A stretch of DNA of 62,387 nucleotides, filler included, from Choristocarpus tenellus KU-1152 (taxonomy: Eukaryota > Protista > Phaeophyceae): the NCBI GenBank assembly GCA_964200185.2. It is 13 parts of 13 records of this genome, joined end to end, with 100 filler letters (N's around TTAATTAATTAA, not from the genome) between each part and the next. Parts side by side here need not be neighbours in the genome. Positions count along the whole stretch, not along the records: positions 58,038 to 62,387 come from CAXNAD020014976.1; 12 more parts are not named here. One strand, given 5' to 3'. The number at the start of each line of letters is the position of its first letter. The first letter of the stretch is position 1. This document shows positions 60,693 to 62,387 of this stretch, piece by piece. The notes under the pieces are model-generated. The model was not told the DNA's origin, searched no databases, and worked only from the letters and a program-made list of their open reading frames with translations. A program made the position numbers and the translations under genes.

Positions 60693-61874
60693 CTGGAGAG
60701 ACGCCCACCATGCAACGTGCCAAGATGCCGCATTTTAAGTGCTGAATAAAGGGGGTGTGAGGGTCACGGGCAGACTAGACACAAATAGACAGACACTGGG
60801 GGAATCATGAAGCCCAGAGAATTATGACTGGGAGGGAGGGTTGTAATAAATGGGGAGGGAGAGGATCAGTGGAGAGGCAATGCGATTCTGGAATGGATAT
60901 CTTGCGGTGATGAAGGTGTTGGTTTGTGGTGTAGCCCAGGTGGACGCCAGTGCTGCCCATGGGGTGGACAGGGAGGTTTCTCAGGTAGGGTCAAACGTAT
61001 CTTAGATTTTTTGCCAAGGCGGTGTTACAGCATTGGCTATCTTGTTCTGAGGAGGCACTGCTTATAGTATTAGTGTCTATCTCTGTAGCACATGGACAGC
61101 ATTCAAACGTACACACACCTGTCTCATTCTATGTCCTTATCACAACAGGAAGTGGATGGAGTCAGCCTTTTCAAGAGGTGCTCCACCCAGGTACTTGCTT
61201 ACAAGTGTTAACCAACCTCGGCTTTCCCGATCCCCTCCCCTAAGTCAACAGTACATTGCCACGTGTACGCTTCAGTGAACATGATCATCGTGAGAGGTCA
61301 AGTTTTGCCAAGGGACTGCTTGCTACCCTTGATACGCTTTCTTTTTGCAGACATAACAGCCTGGCTTGAACTAGAACTTCGAGCCAACTGCGCTATGCAT
61401 ACATAGCGGCACTGGGCTTCACGTTGTCCTTCTTGACACTGGCCGTCACATTGTGTTGATCACTGGAAACAGTTCTATGGCAACACAATACTTCATGGTC
61501 CGGAATAGTACAACAAACGAGAAATGTAAAGGGCAAAAGAAAAATAAATCAGTTCACATTGCTGCTGATAGGGTTAAGTGTTACAATTACGATCACACTA
61601 GTAGTGGCAAGCGAAAGAACCCTCTCTCCTCTATATGCATTTTTTTTTATTACTGCATTCAGTTATGTGCTCGCTATCCCCTCCTCTAAGACAGATATAC
61701 ATCACCACGCTCCCTGCAGAATATAGTGCATCCGCTTACATCATTTCCTGTCAGTCACTGATGTTCGTAAGTGTTCTTCAACTTCAACATAAGCAACTCG
61801 ATGTGTTTTTTATTAGTCGGTGGGGCTCTGTTAAAAAAAAATAATAATATAGTAATTGGTTGCAGTCAATCACT

Positions 61875-62154
61875 GAGTCAAAGTATATATCCTAGAGGGT
61901 AGAGCCGTGTCCGTTTGGGGACCAAAATCCAATGTTGCGATTTTGATGTAATTTTGGCCATGTATCGTGTTTGTTAGGAAGTGTCAATATCCTTGTTCCA
62001 GACACACCTTTTTCATAACTTACACGTTTTACCTACTCCGAAACGGTTCACAGGGGGTAAATTTTCATAAACAACCCGTGGGAAACTAAGCCTCAATCGG
62101 ATAAACCAGGGCAATAATACTCATAGTAGTACCCTCTAAGGTATATTTTCACTC
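61875..62154 (+). mobile_element. MITE family B, full length, apparent 3-bp TSD ACT
   Basis: ACT|GAGTCAAAGTATAT...GGTATATTTTCACTC|ACT. Confidence 0.88.
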
Positions 62155-62387
62155 ACTCACATTATTAATTTTTTTATTTCAACACCGAAAAATAAAAAAA
62201 TGACGCTGTATTATATTATTGAAGAGAAAAAAAAACATCTAACAAAAAAATATTCCGTCATATTTTTATTTATATGTATTGTTCAGGAAGGTGGGTGCTC
62301 TCTCCGCGTTTTCTTCTCTAGAGAGGGTGTCCACAAATGAAGTGAAATCCCCCCCCCCCCCCCCCCCCCCTATTTTTATTATTTTTT

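Noticed and set aside
48-62154. Repeated CAAAGTATCT motifs as a CRISPR-like array
   Set aside because: Copies are dispersed, come as inverted pairs with TSDs and have no regular spacers. The context is eukaryotic with no cas genes.
1-62387. tRNA, rRNA or other structured RNA genes
   Set aside because: No cloverleaf, rRNA or snRNA signatures were recognised by eye. A tRNAscan-SE/Infernal run would be needed to exclude them formally.

Overview
Eukaryotic nuclear DNA with spliceosomal introns and many repeats. It is most consistent with a brown-alga-like stramenopile; this is inferred from the CRE-type LINE and Copia sequences, the TTAGGG repeats and the EF-hand family. The window is not contiguous: 13 short contigs (the 11 complete ones are about 2.5-9.1 kb) are joined by 12 artificial 100-nt linkers (N44-TTAATTAATTAA-N44), so synteny across linkers means nothing. 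Spliced genes reconstructed by hand are SRP19 (5'-incomplete), CHMP7 (3'-truncated) head-to-head with an EF-hand protein gene, a complete 5-exon class 3 lipase, a putative membrane protein with a bulb-lectin-like C-terminus, and several orphan exons. Mobile DNA dominates the rest: a decayed Ty1/Copia element with both LTRs, TSD and a half-tRNA-Met PBS; a deleted Tc1 element; CRE-like RLE LINE fragments; two long decayed ORFs of unknown type; and about 28 copies or fragments of three MITE families sharing a GRSYCAAAGTA(TCT) terminus. The most striking observation concerns two of these MITE families, which are unrelated internally. Both have bipartite, asymmetric ends with an inner GTCCATTTGG box at offset 30-32 from one end and 40-42 from the other. 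That is one helical turn apart, recalling the 12/23 rule, and comes with 3-4 bp TSDs and no transposase recognisable in the window.
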